The position numbers and the translations under genes are program-made. From IMG/VR virus record IMGVR_UViG_3300028766_000004, positions 1 to 64,000 of that record: 64,000 bases of DNA, one strand, 5' to 3'. Under the pieces are notes generated by a model. That model was not told the origin of the DNA. It did not search any database and was given only the letters and a program-made list of their open reading frames with translations. Below are positions 40,807 to 50,189 of the stretch, in pieces (position 1 is the stretch's first letter; each line of letters opens with the position of its first letter). The stretch is from a virus.

Positions 40807-40845
40807 ACAACTCACATCGCTATGTTGTATAGCGAAGTGAGTTGT
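40807..40845. terminator. Long intergenic hairpin
   Basis: ACAACTCAC-A-TCGCTAT pairs with ATAGCGA-A-GTGAGTTGT. Confidence 0.55.
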
Positions 40846-40848
40846 GAA

Positions 40849-41043
40849 TTACTTCTTTGTCGTTACGGGAGTTGCCTTAACTGTGCTCTGTTGACCAGCT
40901 ATGATAGACGTATTCAGTGCGGTATGTGTATGAGCATTGAATTGGGATGTTAGGAGAGCGATATCAGTCGTCAACTGATTCACTTGTTTAATCAGCTCTG
41001 CCACCACTCCAGACCCACCCGAGTCGTCTAAAACTAATGCCAT
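40849..41043 (-). CDS. 64-aa coiled-coil protein with HxH motif (paralog 2)
   Basis: GGAGG RBS; QVNQL...FNAHTH. Confidence 0.75.
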   Translation of the reverse strand: MALVLDDSGGSGVVAELIKQVNQLTTDIALLTSQFNAHTHTALNTSIIAGQQSTVKATPVTTKK

Positions 41044-41089
41044 AATAATCCTCCAATATAGACCTTGTGCGTATTAAGAACCATCGTGT

Positions 41090-41284
41090 TTAATACTTCG
41101 TATTAATGGTCTGCGCTGCGGGTGTAGTTTGGAAACCTGCGATTACAGCTGTACCGTTCGCTGTGTGTGTATGGGTATTGTGTGCGATTGCTAGTGCATT
41201 AATGTCTGCCTGCAACTGATTCACCTGTATTAAGAGCTGTGTAAGAATGGCGATTCCGCCATCATTATTTACTGTTACTGTCAT
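41090..41284 (-). CDS. 64-aa coiled-coil protein with HxH motif (paralog 1)
   Basis: GGAGG RBS; QVNQL...HNTHTH. Confidence 0.75.
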   Translation of the reverse strand: MTVTVNNDGGIAILTQLLIQVNQLQADINALAIAHNTHTHTANGTAVIAGFQTTPAAQTINTKY

Positions 41285-41305
41285 GATAATCCTCCAATCT
41301 TACTT

Positions 41306-41665
41306 TTATGTTGTCGTAGCGTCTGCAGCGGAAACTTTTTCAAGCTCAATAGCTGCTTGAACCTCGTCGTCAACTGCTTTGGCAGCTTCTGCGGCTTTCG
41401 TAGCTTCTACGGCTTTTGCGGCTTCAACGGCTTTTGCGGCTTTAGCAACCTCTGCTGCTTTTGCGGAAGCTACAACTGCTGTAACTACAACTGGCGCTAC
41501 AACTGACGCTTCTGGAACTAAAAAGAATACACCTGGAAATGAGCTTAAGAACAAATCGGCTACTTCCTGATCTACAGTTGCTATTCCTGATGCATCAGTT
41601 GTTACATTACCAGAAGATGTAATAAGGGTTTCGTTACGTTTTGTATAGCATTGAATCTTTGGCAT
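41306..41665 (-). CDS. Small head-associated protein with Ala/Lys/Glu repeats
   Basis: GGAG RBS; AKAAEV/AKAVEA repeats. Confidence 0.7.
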   Translation of the reverse strand: MPKIQCYTKRNETLITSSGNVTTDASGIATVDQEVADLFLSSFPGVFFLVPEASVVAPVVVTAVVASAKAAEVAKAAKAVEAAKAVEATKAAEAAKAVDDEVQAAIELEKVSAADATTT

Positions 41666-41679
41666 ATTGGCTCCAAATC

Positions 41680-42007
41680 CTAAGCTGCTTGCGCTTCAAC
41701 ACAGTTATCTTGCTGAAACTCCACAAACTTATTATATTTTCTTTTTATATGGATGTCATCATCTTCTTTGTACTTTCGCCATTTCTTGTACTTTCTTTCC
41801 ATAGGAACAACCTTGCTGCTATATAGCCAATCGCCCAACGTTTCAAATTGCTTACGACCACCAACACTCCACTTCCAACATTGCTTGCCTTTAACATTCT
41901 CTAAACTTCCACCAACATTAAGCGTACTACTAACAACATCTTTCAACCATTTACAGGTTTCTTCTGTGTTTGTGATAGAAAATGTGAATGCACGAACTTT
42001 ATTGTTG
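41680..42007 (-). pseudogene. C-terminal fragment of a LAGLIDADG homing endonuclease
   Basis: FTFSIT...GGRKQ...DWLY....MERKY parallels the C-terminus of the gene at 48-852. Confidence 0.7.
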
Positions 42008-42200
42008 TTGATACTCCCCACGAATAAATTCGGGGGATTCTAGCGTTCTTTCGAACGCCTTAACTGTTTCAACCAGCGTAGCTGAATTTCTCTAGACTTA
42101 CACACTGTCCGCAGTCGTTTAACGACTCCATGTATCCCAAGGCGTCGAGTATCCTGATTCCTTCCGCTTTCAGATTTAGAGATGCGTTTCCATCCCGGCT
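41988..42200 (-). ncRNA. Putative TnpB omega/reRNA with flanking guide (boundaries approximate)
   Basis: Expected from IS200/IS605 architecture; the guide would begin CAACAATAAAGTTCGTGC after TCAA. Confidence 0.5.
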
Positions 42201-43244
42201 GTGATGACTTCCACAAGAAGGACAGTTCCACTCTCTATCTGAAAGAGTTAGGTTATTGTTTTTGTATCCGCATTCGCTGCACAGTTTCGTGCTTGGAAAG
42301 AACCTATCAACCTGGACTGCGTGCCTGTTATTCCAAAGTGATTTATACTTCCATTGTCGAACTGTTTCTCCGAATGCGGCATCGAGCATCGACTTAGCCA
42401 GCTTGGTTTTCGCAAGACCTTTGATGCTTAAATCTTCAAGACACAGCGCTGGATACTTTTCAACCAGACCATGCGTTAGTTGATGAGCAAAATTACTCCG
42501 TAGATTTGAAATCCGTTCATAGACCTTTGCAACAGCGGCAACTGCTTTGGCACGGTTACGACTACCTTTAACGCGACGGCACACCTTTTGTTGAGCTTTC
42601 TTTAGCTTTTGAGCATGACGACGGTAGAACTTTGGAACTGAGACCTCGTCCCCGTCAGACAGCGTTAGATATGTATTCAATCCAAGATCGCCACCTTGCA
42701 CCTGCTCAGGTTTTACCTTTGGCAAACATTCTGTTAATTCAAACTCAGAAACTAATATAACAAACCAACGACCCGTTGCTGTGCGCTTAAATGTCGCTGA
42801 TTTTGTTTCACCGTCAATGATTCGTGATTGACGTATCTTTATCCAGCCGATCTTAGGAACATACACTTTACCATCTTTTACCACTACTCTCTGTGGTATA
42901 CGGAAGGTTTGTTTTGTACTCTTCTTGGTTTTGAATACAGGAAATCCGGCATTCATCTTTGGGTTGAAATGGTTATCGTATGCACGCTTCAAATTCTTTA
43001 GAACCTGCTGCAACGACTGTGAATCAAAATCGTACATCCACGGCCTAGACTCTTTGAATTTAGTGAGTTCCACGGATAATCGTGACTGAGATATGCTTTT
43101 CTTGTTTTCTTTGTAGAATGTCCGGCAGCAATCCAAAGCAAGGTTCCACACAAGCCTAGATGCCCCCGCTTGGCACAAAAGTTTCTGTGCTTCGTCAGAC
43201 GTTGGCTCCATGCGGAATTTGAACACCTTGCGTTGTTTAGACAT
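42069..43244 (-). CDS. tnpB: RNA-guided endonuclease TnpB
   Basis: RuvC D-E-D residues in GDLG, LEDL and RDGNA; Zn finger CSECG...CPSCG. Confidence 0.95.
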   Translation of the reverse strand: MSKQRKVFKFRMEPTSDEAQKLLCQAGASRLVWNLALDCCRTFYKENKKSISQSRLSVELTKFKESRPWMYDFDSQSLQQVLKNLKRAYDNHFNPKMNAGFPVFKTKKSTKQTFRIPQRVVVKDGKVYVPKIGWIKIRQSRIIDGETKSATFKRTATGRWFVILVSEFELTECLPKVKPEQVQGGDLGLNTYLTLSDGDEVSVPKFYRRHAQKLKKAQQKVCRRVKGSRNRAKAVAAVAKVYERISNLRSNFAHQLTHGLVEKYPALCLEDLSIKGLAKTKLAKSMLDAAFGETVRQWKYKSLWNNRHAVQVDRFFPSTKLCSECGYKNNNLTLSDREWNCPSCGSHHSRDGNASLNLKAEGIRILDALGYMESLNDCGQCVSLEKFSYAG

Positions 43245-43638
43245 TTTTCTGATTTTCAACGTACTGTTTTATTACTTCCAGTGGAGACCCGCCAACTGTT
43301 GAAACAAAATAGCTATTTGTCCACAACGTCGGCAACTTTGATTTCAGCGTTCTAAACTCATTTCTCAGCGTGTGAGATGAAACACCCTTCATGTTCTTGA
43401 CAAGGCGGTGAATGCCAAACTGAGGATCAATTTCCACGAGTACGTGAACATGGTCTGGCATGATTTCTAGCGCAATTACTTCTGCCTTATACTTCTCTGC
43501 CACTTGCCTAATGACAGATTCGCACCGTGCTGCAATATCACCAATCAAAACACTGCGCCTATACTTCGGCGTCCATACCACATGGTACTTGCTCGAATAC
43601 ACCACATTTAAGTTCGATTTGTAGCCTTCTAGTGCCAT
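43237..43638 (-). CDS. tnpA: Y1 HUH transposase
   Basis: YHVVWTPKYRR, MPDHVH, LWTNSYF, YVENQ. Confidence 0.96.
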   Translation of the reverse strand: MALEGYKSNLNVVYSSKYHVVWTPKYRRSVLIGDIAARCESVIRQVAEKYKAEVIALEIMPDHVHVLVEIDPQFGIHRLVKNMKGVSSHTLRNEFRTLKSKLPTLWTNSYFVSTVGGSPLEVIKQYVENQKNV

Positions 43639-43746
43639 AACAAAACTATACAGTACATCGGTATATATGGTAAAGAACTATTTTTCTACGCAAAACACGC
43701 CTTATATCCCCATGCCTAAAGGCAGGGGCTTTACGGCGCTTTCTCG

Positions 43747-44026
43747 GTAACCCTTGATAACGAGCCAATGTCCCAACGGCATTTTCTGTTCTACCAAGCA
43801 TTTTGGCAAGTTCTTTTGTAGACATCGAGGAATAATTGTCAGAAAGCAATTTCCGTTCTTCTTCAGTATATGCGTCATGATTTCTGCTATATCCCAAACG
43901 TTGAATCTTCAATTTTACAGATGCTTCCGTTCTGTCAAGATAACTCGCTATTTCCATCAACGATTTATCTTTGTAGTTGGCGGATATATATTCGATTTCT
44001 TGCGTGTTCCAGCTCTTCTTTATCAT
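43747..44026 (-). pseudogene. N-terminal HTH-repeat fragment of the interrupted homing endonuclease
   Basis: Two WNTQE/YTEEE...LxRT..AV repeats; the reading frame runs into the IS left end. Confidence 0.65.
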
Positions 44027-44083
44027 GATTTTAGTATGACAGAAAACAGAATTTTGCGTACCACCCAAATAAAATAACAGCGC

Positions 44084-44116
44084 AAAAAGAAAACGGGCGC
44101 TGTAAAAGCGCCCGTT
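44084..44116 (-). terminator. Intrinsic terminator after the major capsid gene
   Basis: AACGGGCGC/GCGCCCGTT stem followed by TTCTTTTT. Confidence 0.85.
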
Positions 44117-44140
44117 GTTAAGTTGTTTATTATCAATGTT

Positions 44141-45571
44141 TTACGAAATATCGCCAACATTGATGATACGAACCCATTTCCGAGGAGCATACATTACCAA
44201 AGTTCCATACAGCAATATCATCCAACGAATAGCCGGGCCGATAACAGCGAGGTCCATCTTCATAAGCGGTGCAAGCTGCTTGAAAGCGAGGACTTCGTTA
44301 TCCATTTGACCAAGGTAGCAAGTGCTAACCACAGTCATATAGAGGCCTGTATCGGTGTATGTCGTTGTTGCGGAGGCAGTAACAGAAGCAGCTGCAACCG
44401 AGAACAGGTAGTAGAACGAACCTGTAGACGACACATCACAAGCATAAACGTTGAAGTAATCGGGCACCAAACCGCTCATCGAAGCAGGGTTGGTAATGGT
44501 CAACAGTGAAGAGTTTCCAGCGGAAACGTCACCAGATGAAACCACCAAACCAGATGAAGCAGCAGTAGCTGCAGACTCACCAAAGCGGTTAACAGCGGTC
44601 GCCTTGTAGTAACGAGTCCCAGGATTCTTCCATGCGCCAATCTGTGCAGAGTTGTAAGCGGTGGAAGCAGGAGAGATAGAAGCAGGTGTTTGAGGAGCGT
44701 TAGCCGAAGTTGCTGCACTCGGTGCCAAACCAGTAGCCTTACGGTTCTTGGTAAGGAATACATCAGACAGAATGTCGATGTTACCGAACTGTGAAGCGAA
44801 CGTGTTGATCACGCTACCAGCAGCATATCCACCGGACGCTGTTGGGAGCAATGCACGCTCTTTCGGGAAGAAGGTCTTGGAGAAGTCGCTAGCCACCTTG
44901 TAGGGGGTGTAGAGACATGATGCACGACCAAACTGCTCGGCAATCAGCTCGCAAGCGTCTTCCAGAATACCTTCAGTTAACGACCCACCCTTGGCGTCGA
45001 TAATCATCGTAGGATCGATCTGTGCTTCCAGACCAGCCCACTCGATGCCTTCCTTTCCGCCCGACACATTGCTGTATCCAGCAGTCAGAGTGTTGTTGCC
45101 CCAGAACAGCGAACGCTCAATTTGCTGTAGAAGCCAAAGAATGCCGTTCTTGTTCTCCAGTGCAACCACATCACCGTGAGCGCTGCGAACCATCGTCATA
45201 ACATGGGAAACCACACGTGTGGTGCCCAAGAACTTGACAAGTGCAACCTTACGGCTGTAGTTGCTATCCTGTGTTTCAGGCATCACTGCCTCAGGAATGA
45301 AGGCGTTGCTGTTATCGCCATAGGCGGTAAGCTGGTTATATTCCTCAACGGTGTTGAATGCTGGCATCTTGGGGAGATTCTTCCACAGACGAATATTCTG
45401 TTCTGTGAACGATAGAACCTTTAATGAGCTTTCGAGCGATTCCACACGGAACGCTCCACCGCCTGCTTGGTCGGTAACCCCGTAGTTGTACCCAGCTGAC
45501 AAAGCCTTCTGCAAGTCGGGAACATCTCTTGATTCACCGTAACCGTTAATACCACGAAAGTCTAAAGCCAT
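44141..45571 (-). CDS. Major capsid protein
   Basis: LQKALSAG, GGAFRVESLE, VEEYNQ, FWGN, LAPLMKMDLA, LYGTL..YAPRKW; GGAGG RBS. Confidence 0.93.
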   Translation of the reverse strand: MALDFRGINGYGESRDVPDLQKALSAGYNYGVTDQAGGGAFRVESLESSLKVLSFTEQNIRLWKNLPKMPAFNTVEEYNQLTAYGDNSNAFIPEAVMPETQDSNYSRKVALVKFLGTTRVVSHVMTMVRSAHGDVVALENKNGILWLLQQIERSLFWGNNTLTAGYSNVSGGKEGIEWAGLEAQIDPTMIIDAKGGSLTEGILEDACELIAEQFGRASCLYTPYKVASDFSKTFFPKERALLPTASGGYAAGSVINTFASQFGNIDILSDVFLTKNRKATGLAPSAATSANAPQTPASISPASTAYNSAQIGAWKNPGTRYYKATAVNRFGESAATAASSGLVVSSGDVSAGNSSLLTITNPASMSGLVPDYFNVYACDVSSTGSFYYLFSVAAASVTASATTTYTDTGLYMTVVSTCYLGQMDNEVLAFKQLAPLMKMDLAVIGPAIRWMILLYGTLVMYAPRKWVRIINVGDIS

Positions 45572-45597
45572 GTTATCCTCCAAAAAATCAGCAGTGA

Positions 45598-46500
45598 TTA
45601 AGCTACTGGCAATCCAACCAACTCACGAAGCTCGGGGCGAACAAAACCGGAAGCATCAGCTGAAAGTACATCAGCCACTGTTACGCTCTTGTTACCACTT
45701 TCCATGAGAGTTGTAAGCTTTGCAGCAATATCGCTCTTCTTAAGTTCTGTTCCCTCTTTACCACCGAAGCTCTTCTCAACAACGCTGACATCGGATTTAC
45801 GCTGCCCAGCAGGTGTCGTACCGAAAGATTCAACCTTTTCAGTCAAGCCCTTTAGCAAAATACCAACTTGCTGCATAGCCTTTGCAAGCGCCACATTGAA
45901 TTCGCCTTGACCAGCCTGACGTGCCAACGACTTCTCAACACGAGCTGACAAACCATCTGTTGATTCCGAAACTGCATACACAAAATCACGAAGATAGTCG
46001 GAAATGTCGATGGCCTTCGAAACAGCTTCTGAATTCTCGGCTAGCGTATCGGCAAATGATTTCTTTGTCTTCTTTTTCTTGCTAGCTGATTTGAACTCAG
46101 GCTCTCGGGCCTCTTCCTCTTCCTCTTCCTCTTCTGGACGTGACCTCCGACGAGGAGCAAACTCCTGCTCTTCCTCTTCTTCCTGTTCTGGAAGGGGGAA
46201 TCCCTTCTTGGCAACTTCCTCAACGCCCTTCTTGGTCTTGGGCTGCTCTTCTGTTTCGCCCTCGCCATGTTGGCCGTATTTCTTCTGCAGTTCCTTGGCG
46301 TCTTCAGCAACTTCTTTAGCCGTACGCTTGTCGGTATCGTTTTCCTTTGCAGGAGCTGGACGAACACCCTTAGAAACATTCTCGAGAACAGCTAAGCTCT
46401 TATCGAGACTCTCGAAGCTAAGACCAGCAGCCGACTTTGATGTGCAAGCTGAGCAAGCAGCGCCATTTGTTTGAGTACCGCATTCGCCACAAAATTTCAT
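45598..46500 (-). CDS. Scaffold-like head protein
   Basis: Acidic/charged protein between protease and capsid; many hxK[SAG] sites; N-terminal CxxC...CxxC. Confidence 0.7.
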   Translation of the reverse strand: MKFCGECGTQTNGAACSACTSKSAAGLSFESLDKSLAVLENVSKGVRPAPAKENDTDKRTAKEVAEDAKELQKKYGQHGEGETEEQPKTKKGVEEVAKKGFPLPEQEEEEEQEFAPRRRSRPEEEEEEEEAREPEFKSASKKKKTKKSFADTLAENSEAVSKAIDISDYLRDFVYAVSESTDGLSARVEKSLARQAGQGEFNVALAKAMQQVGILLKGLTEKVESFGTTPAGQRKSDVSVVEKSFGGKEGTELKKSDIAAKLTTLMESGNKSVTVADVLSADASGFVRPELRELVGLPVA

Positions 46501-46548
46501 ATTAGTTCTCCCACAGCTAAGGCTGTATTAGATTTTTTTTACTACGCT

Positions 46549-48762
46549 TTACTTCTTAACCTTTTGAGCTAAACCTGATATATCTCCGTCATTCTTCACC
46601 ATCAATAAGAGTATCCGGTCGGCTTGAGCCTCAGGGATACCACGATTAACGAGAAAGTCTAGTGCATCACGAAGCGTAACGTATGTTTGACCACCGTTAG
46701 CACGTGCTGTATCAAACTCAACCTTAGTAGTCTTCAGGTCGGGAGCAATCACCTTCCCATAAGACAAATCTTTTTGCTGACCTTCTAATGATTCCACCCT
46801 TAATGCTGAACCACCTGTTTGGTCAGTTACACCGAAAGCATATCCAGTAACCAAAGCCTTTTCGATACAGCTATCATCACAATATGAATGGCCGTCTTCT
46901 ACCATATACATATTTCCTTTGATGATGATTTCCTTACACACATCACAAGCTTCAGTACTATCAGCAGCACATATGAGCGCTTTCTTAATCAGCTTGTTTT
47001 TATCCAAAAACTTGTGATTGATACCGAATCCATCAAGATACTTCTTACATTTGTCTTTACCCTTTGCACCAGTCTTTGGATCATCAGCAAATATTCTTGA
47101 ACCAATCGTTTCCAACGTCCCCTTAGCATTAGGAAGTGCATGAAGAACAGCAAATGCGCCTGTGTCTCCATCGCCAGAAACAGATACTTGATGCTTCTTA
47201 TCCTTGTCTTCGTAGGTAACACTATGAAGTGGCATCTTCTTATCCCCAAGCTTTATTTCTCCACCGTGAGAATGAATTGTTGTCCACTTCGTACTTTTTT
47301 CAAACCATCCATTATCAATCGATGAAATAGACTTTGTTATGGGAGAAATTGGCATTTTTGGAGCTTTCAAAGAACTGTCTAGTGCTCCGACATGTGTTCC
47401 AGTCGTAACATCACCACTAGGATGAATATGAGTAAATCCAGTATGTGATATGTGTAACATGCCTTTCTCTGGAGATGCAAAACTGGTCACAGTTTTGTGA
47501 GTATTCATCCCTAAAGGTTTCATTCCATGTCCGTTCTTTATACCATTATGGATACCAGAATCTATTCCTTGGTTTACATGGCTGTAATTTTGTTTATTTT
47601 CACCATAATGACCAATCTTGAAATCGTTGACTCTGGGATCGTATGAAGATATCTTCGGTTCAATCTCAATACCCTTTTCTAAATCCGTATCAATCGATTT
47701 CTTAGCAGTAGTTGGTCTATGTACACCATTCACTATTGGTCCAATTTCTTTGTGGTTCTTGTCGGAGTCTGCCTCGGCGTGTGAGTGCATTGTCTTATTC
47801 TCTTCATGCCCTTGCTCATCGCCTTTCAGCGCTTTACCTTCTTCTATATCCGGAACGATTGCTTGGTCTTCTTTAGGAAGTTTGAATGTGCTTTTTTTAC
47901 CTTTAATCACAACATCGCCGTTTTGATTAACTTCGATTGTGAATAGTGGTTCTGATTCGACGCCTTTCTTAGCCAGCGGAACATCATCTAATTGCTTTTC
48001 CATATCCTGCTTCGGCTTCTTATCACTCAACGCTCTCTTGGTTTCGTCTAATGCATCCTTCTCTTCCACATCGATTTGATTAACCACAGGAGACTTTGTC
48101 GCCTCTTCTGTTCTTTCTAAAACATTGTCGGCTTTCTTCTCTTCACCTTCCGGCTTAGTATCTGTATCTGGTTTCTGCGTAGTCTTGGTTTGAGTTACGT
48201 CAGCAGCAACTCCTTTGTTAATAGCTTCTTCGTTTTCGCCAAACACAAGAACCTCATCATACTTCTGTGAAGCAAACGATTTTGCAATATCCAAGAACGT
48301 GTTCGGATTGATGGGTGATGCTGTGATGGCGATATCTTTAATCCAAGCCTTGGTGATGATTGTGTGGTCGCTGGCATCACGAGATAACACCTTACCCTCT
48401 ACAGAGAATCCCAATTTACGGGCATCTCCAGCTTTCTTTAATCCCTCAGCCAAATCCCAAATTCCATTCGCTCTCGGTGTATCAAGCAGGAATCCCTTCG
48501 TCCACAACCCTTTAGATGTGATACGTGCTTCTGTTGGGATACCGACTTTACCTGACGTTTCTTTTGCATGATCATCATTGAAGTATCCGCGCTTCAAGAA
48601 ATAGCTTAATTCCAAACCATCCTGTTTAATCTTCTCGCCTTGTAAGTCTTTGTGGTCTGTACTAGCAATACCTTCGATCCAGCGCTTGCCATCTTCGCCT
48701 TTAGCTAGATTAGCTTCGTACCAGAATTCGAATGTACCGTCTTGTTTGATCGCGTTCGCCAT
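46549..48762 (-). CDS. Prohead protease with long C-terminal extension
   Basis: IEGIAST..KDLQGE, GYFNDDH, LGFSVEG, IAITASPINP.T. Confidence 0.9.
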   Translation of the reverse strand: MANAIKQDGTFEFWYEANLAKGEDGKRWIEGIASTDHKDLQGEKIKQDGLELSYFLKRGYFNDDHAKETSGKVGIPTEARITSKGLWTKGFLLDTPRANGIWDLAEGLKKAGDARKLGFSVEGKVLSRDASDHTIITKAWIKDIAITASPINPNTFLDIAKSFASQKYDEVLVFGENEEAINKGVAADVTQTKTTQKPDTDTKPEGEEKKADNVLERTEEATKSPVVNQIDVEEKDALDETKRALSDKKPKQDMEKQLDDVPLAKKGVESEPLFTIEVNQNGDVVIKGKKSTFKLPKEDQAIVPDIEEGKALKGDEQGHEENKTMHSHAEADSDKNHKEIGPIVNGVHRPTTAKKSIDTDLEKGIEIEPKISSYDPRVNDFKIGHYGENKQNYSHVNQGIDSGIHNGIKNGHGMKPLGMNTHKTVTSFASPEKGMLHISHTGFTHIHPSGDVTTGTHVGALDSSLKAPKMPISPITKSISSIDNGWFEKSTKWTTIHSHGGEIKLGDKKMPLHSVTYEDKDKKHQVSVSGDGDTGAFAVLHALPNAKGTLETIGSRIFADDPKTGAKGKDKCKKYLDGFGINHKFLDKNKLIKKALICAADSTEACDVCKEIIIKGNMYMVEDGHSYCDDSCIEKALVTGYAFGVTDQTGGSALRVESLEGQQKDLSYGKVIAPDLKTTKVEFDTARANGGQTYVTLRDALDFLVNRGIPEAQADRILLLMVKNDGDISGLAQKVKK

Positions 48763-48776
48763 TATATCCTCACAAA

Positions 48777-48826
48777 CAAAAAAGGGAGAAAACATATACG
48801 GGCAGTTGTGCCGTACGTTTTCTCCC
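48777..48826 (-). terminator. Stem-loop with U-tract just upstream of the protease RBS
   Basis: GGGAGAAAAC...GTTTTCTCCC followed by TTTTTT on the minus strand. Confidence 0.6.
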
Positions 48827-48991
48827 TATAGCCACAAACTTAAGCAGCAGAGTCTCAATTGTCTTGAATTAAGAATATCAATCGAATGCGTCTAGCTGCA
48901 AGCTGCAAAAAATGATGATTTTGGTATTCTGGCGCTATTTTACGCTACTAAAGTGTATCGTTATTGCTATTTATCGCACTGTGTTGCATGT

Positions 48992-49249
48992 TTAATGTTT
49001 TTTATTAGACATTTCTACAATGAATCTTGGGCGTTCTGTAGATGATTTACGAACTTCGTTGCCAAGTTCGATGACAAATCCAGCACCTTTAGCACGAAAT
49101 TCAAGAGGTAGACTGTTGAATCCTCGACACATATTACACTGAACGATAGCCGTATCACTACCTTCCCATCGAATACTCTTACTGCGCAGTTTCACCGTCT
49201 GACCATAAGATTTTAATAACGGAGCACCACAAGTACAGTTGATTACCAT
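48992..49249 (-). CDS. Zn-ribbon small protein
   Basis: CTCG...CNMC. Confidence 0.65.
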   Translation of the reverse strand: MVINCTCGAPLLKSYGQTVKLRSKSIRWEGSDTAIVQCNMCRGFNSLPLEFRAKGAGFVIELGNEVRKSSTERPRFIVEMSNKKH

Positions 49250-49255
49250 AATTTC

Positions 49256-49840
49256 CTATAATGCATCCTCGAAGTGATTAGCTAATCGTTCTAGCTTGTG
49301 CTTCAAAGCAGAGCTCAATGGTCTCTTCGAAAGCTCGTCAACTGTCTTAAACATCCCAGACGTCTTTCGTTCTGCCGTTCCACTCAAACGAGTGGGTTTT
49401 ACATCCGGCGATGTAAACACTGATTCCAATCCTTCATCCATATAACCAAGTTCTTTGATAATCACCTTGCATGTGAACAAAACCTGTCTAAGTCTGGCAA
49501 TCTCACCATCTTCAAAAGAATTAATAGTATCGACTATCTTAATTATCACTGGAAGAATGAAGTTAAATGGTTCTTCGTTGGTTCCGTGATTAACGTATAA
49601 CGGTGTTATTTTTTGTTTCTTCGACGTCTTATATTCCTTCGGTAGTCTACGTCTAGCTGTAGGTGTTTTAACACGCACATCAGTACTCCTTCCGGGAGAA
49701 ACACGTTTATGACGCTGTTTTTCATTGGAGTATGGATTAATCCAAACTAGCTTACCACCCCTATGTTCGAAATATCCCTTCACGTTCCCCTTTTCGAACG
49801 TAATGATGGGGATAATGTCTTTATTCTGTTCCATCGACAC
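49256..49840 (-). CDS. Basic putative head-packaged protein
   Basis: N-terminal FEKG-NVKGY...GKLV..PY motif shared with 51762-55799. Confidence 0.6.
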   Translation of the reverse strand: MSMEQNKDIIPIITFEKGNVKGYFEHRGGKLVWINPYSNEKQRHKRVSPGRSTDVRVKTPTARRRLPKEYKTSKKQKITPLYVNHGTNEEPFNFILPVIIKIVDTINSFEDGEIARLRQVLFTCKVIIKELGYMDEGLESVFTSPDVKPTRLSGTAERKTSGMFKTVDELSKRPLSSALKHKLERLANHFEDAL

Positions 49841-50129
49841 TGACTCTCAAGCTATCTAAAAAGCTCTTATCGTCTGATGTTAGCAGCTCTTTAAACTCTT
49901 TCTGTTTTCTCGACGTCTTAATAACGTGAGAAAATTTAGGTCTCTTGTTGGTGTATCGTCTGTTAGACGTTGCAACGTTTTCAACTTTCAAATCTTGTGG
50001 GTCGAACATCAAATTAAATTCTACGTTGTTGCATGTGATAGCTATGCAATTTGTTTCTTCTGGTAAACCATCTGGAAAGACAGCCTTAATGAACGAAGTT
50101 ACATTCTTTTTATATTGTTGGCTTTCCAT
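49821..50129 (-). CDS. Hypothetical protein
   Basis: GGAG RBS; 102-aa ORF. Confidence 0.6.
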   Translation of the reverse strand: MESQQYKKNVTSFIKAVFPDGLPEETNCIAITCNNVEFNLMFDPQDLKVENVATSNRRYTNKRPKFSHVIKTSRKQKEFKELLTSDDKSFLDSLRVSVDGTE

Positions 50130-50149
50130 ATTTTAGCTCCGTAAACACA

Positions 50150-50182
50150 CTAAAAGCAGCGATGATTAGTCGCTGCTTTTAG
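50150..50182. terminator. Intrinsic terminator
   Basis: CTAAAAGCAGCGA/TCGCTGCTTTTAG perfect stem. Confidence 0.85.
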
Positions 50183-50189
50183 TTTTGGA

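Larger units (their letters stand above)
42008..43746 (-). mobile_element. IS200/IS605-family element (IS608-like ends)
   Basis: Left end follows TTAC and has guide AAAG plus hairpin CCCCTGCCTTTAGGCATGGGG. Right end has GAAT, hairpin CCCCCGAATTTATTCGTGGGG and terminal TCAA. Confidence 0.92.

Noticed and set aside
42008-43746. IStron or group I intron around the IS
   Set aside because: Only about 110 nt separate the left end from tnpA, no intron core is visible, and removal does not restore a reading frame.
43646-43746. C-terminal part of ORF 43646-44068 as real protein
   Set aside because: RKAPAFRHGDIRR is simply the translated IS left-end hairpin.
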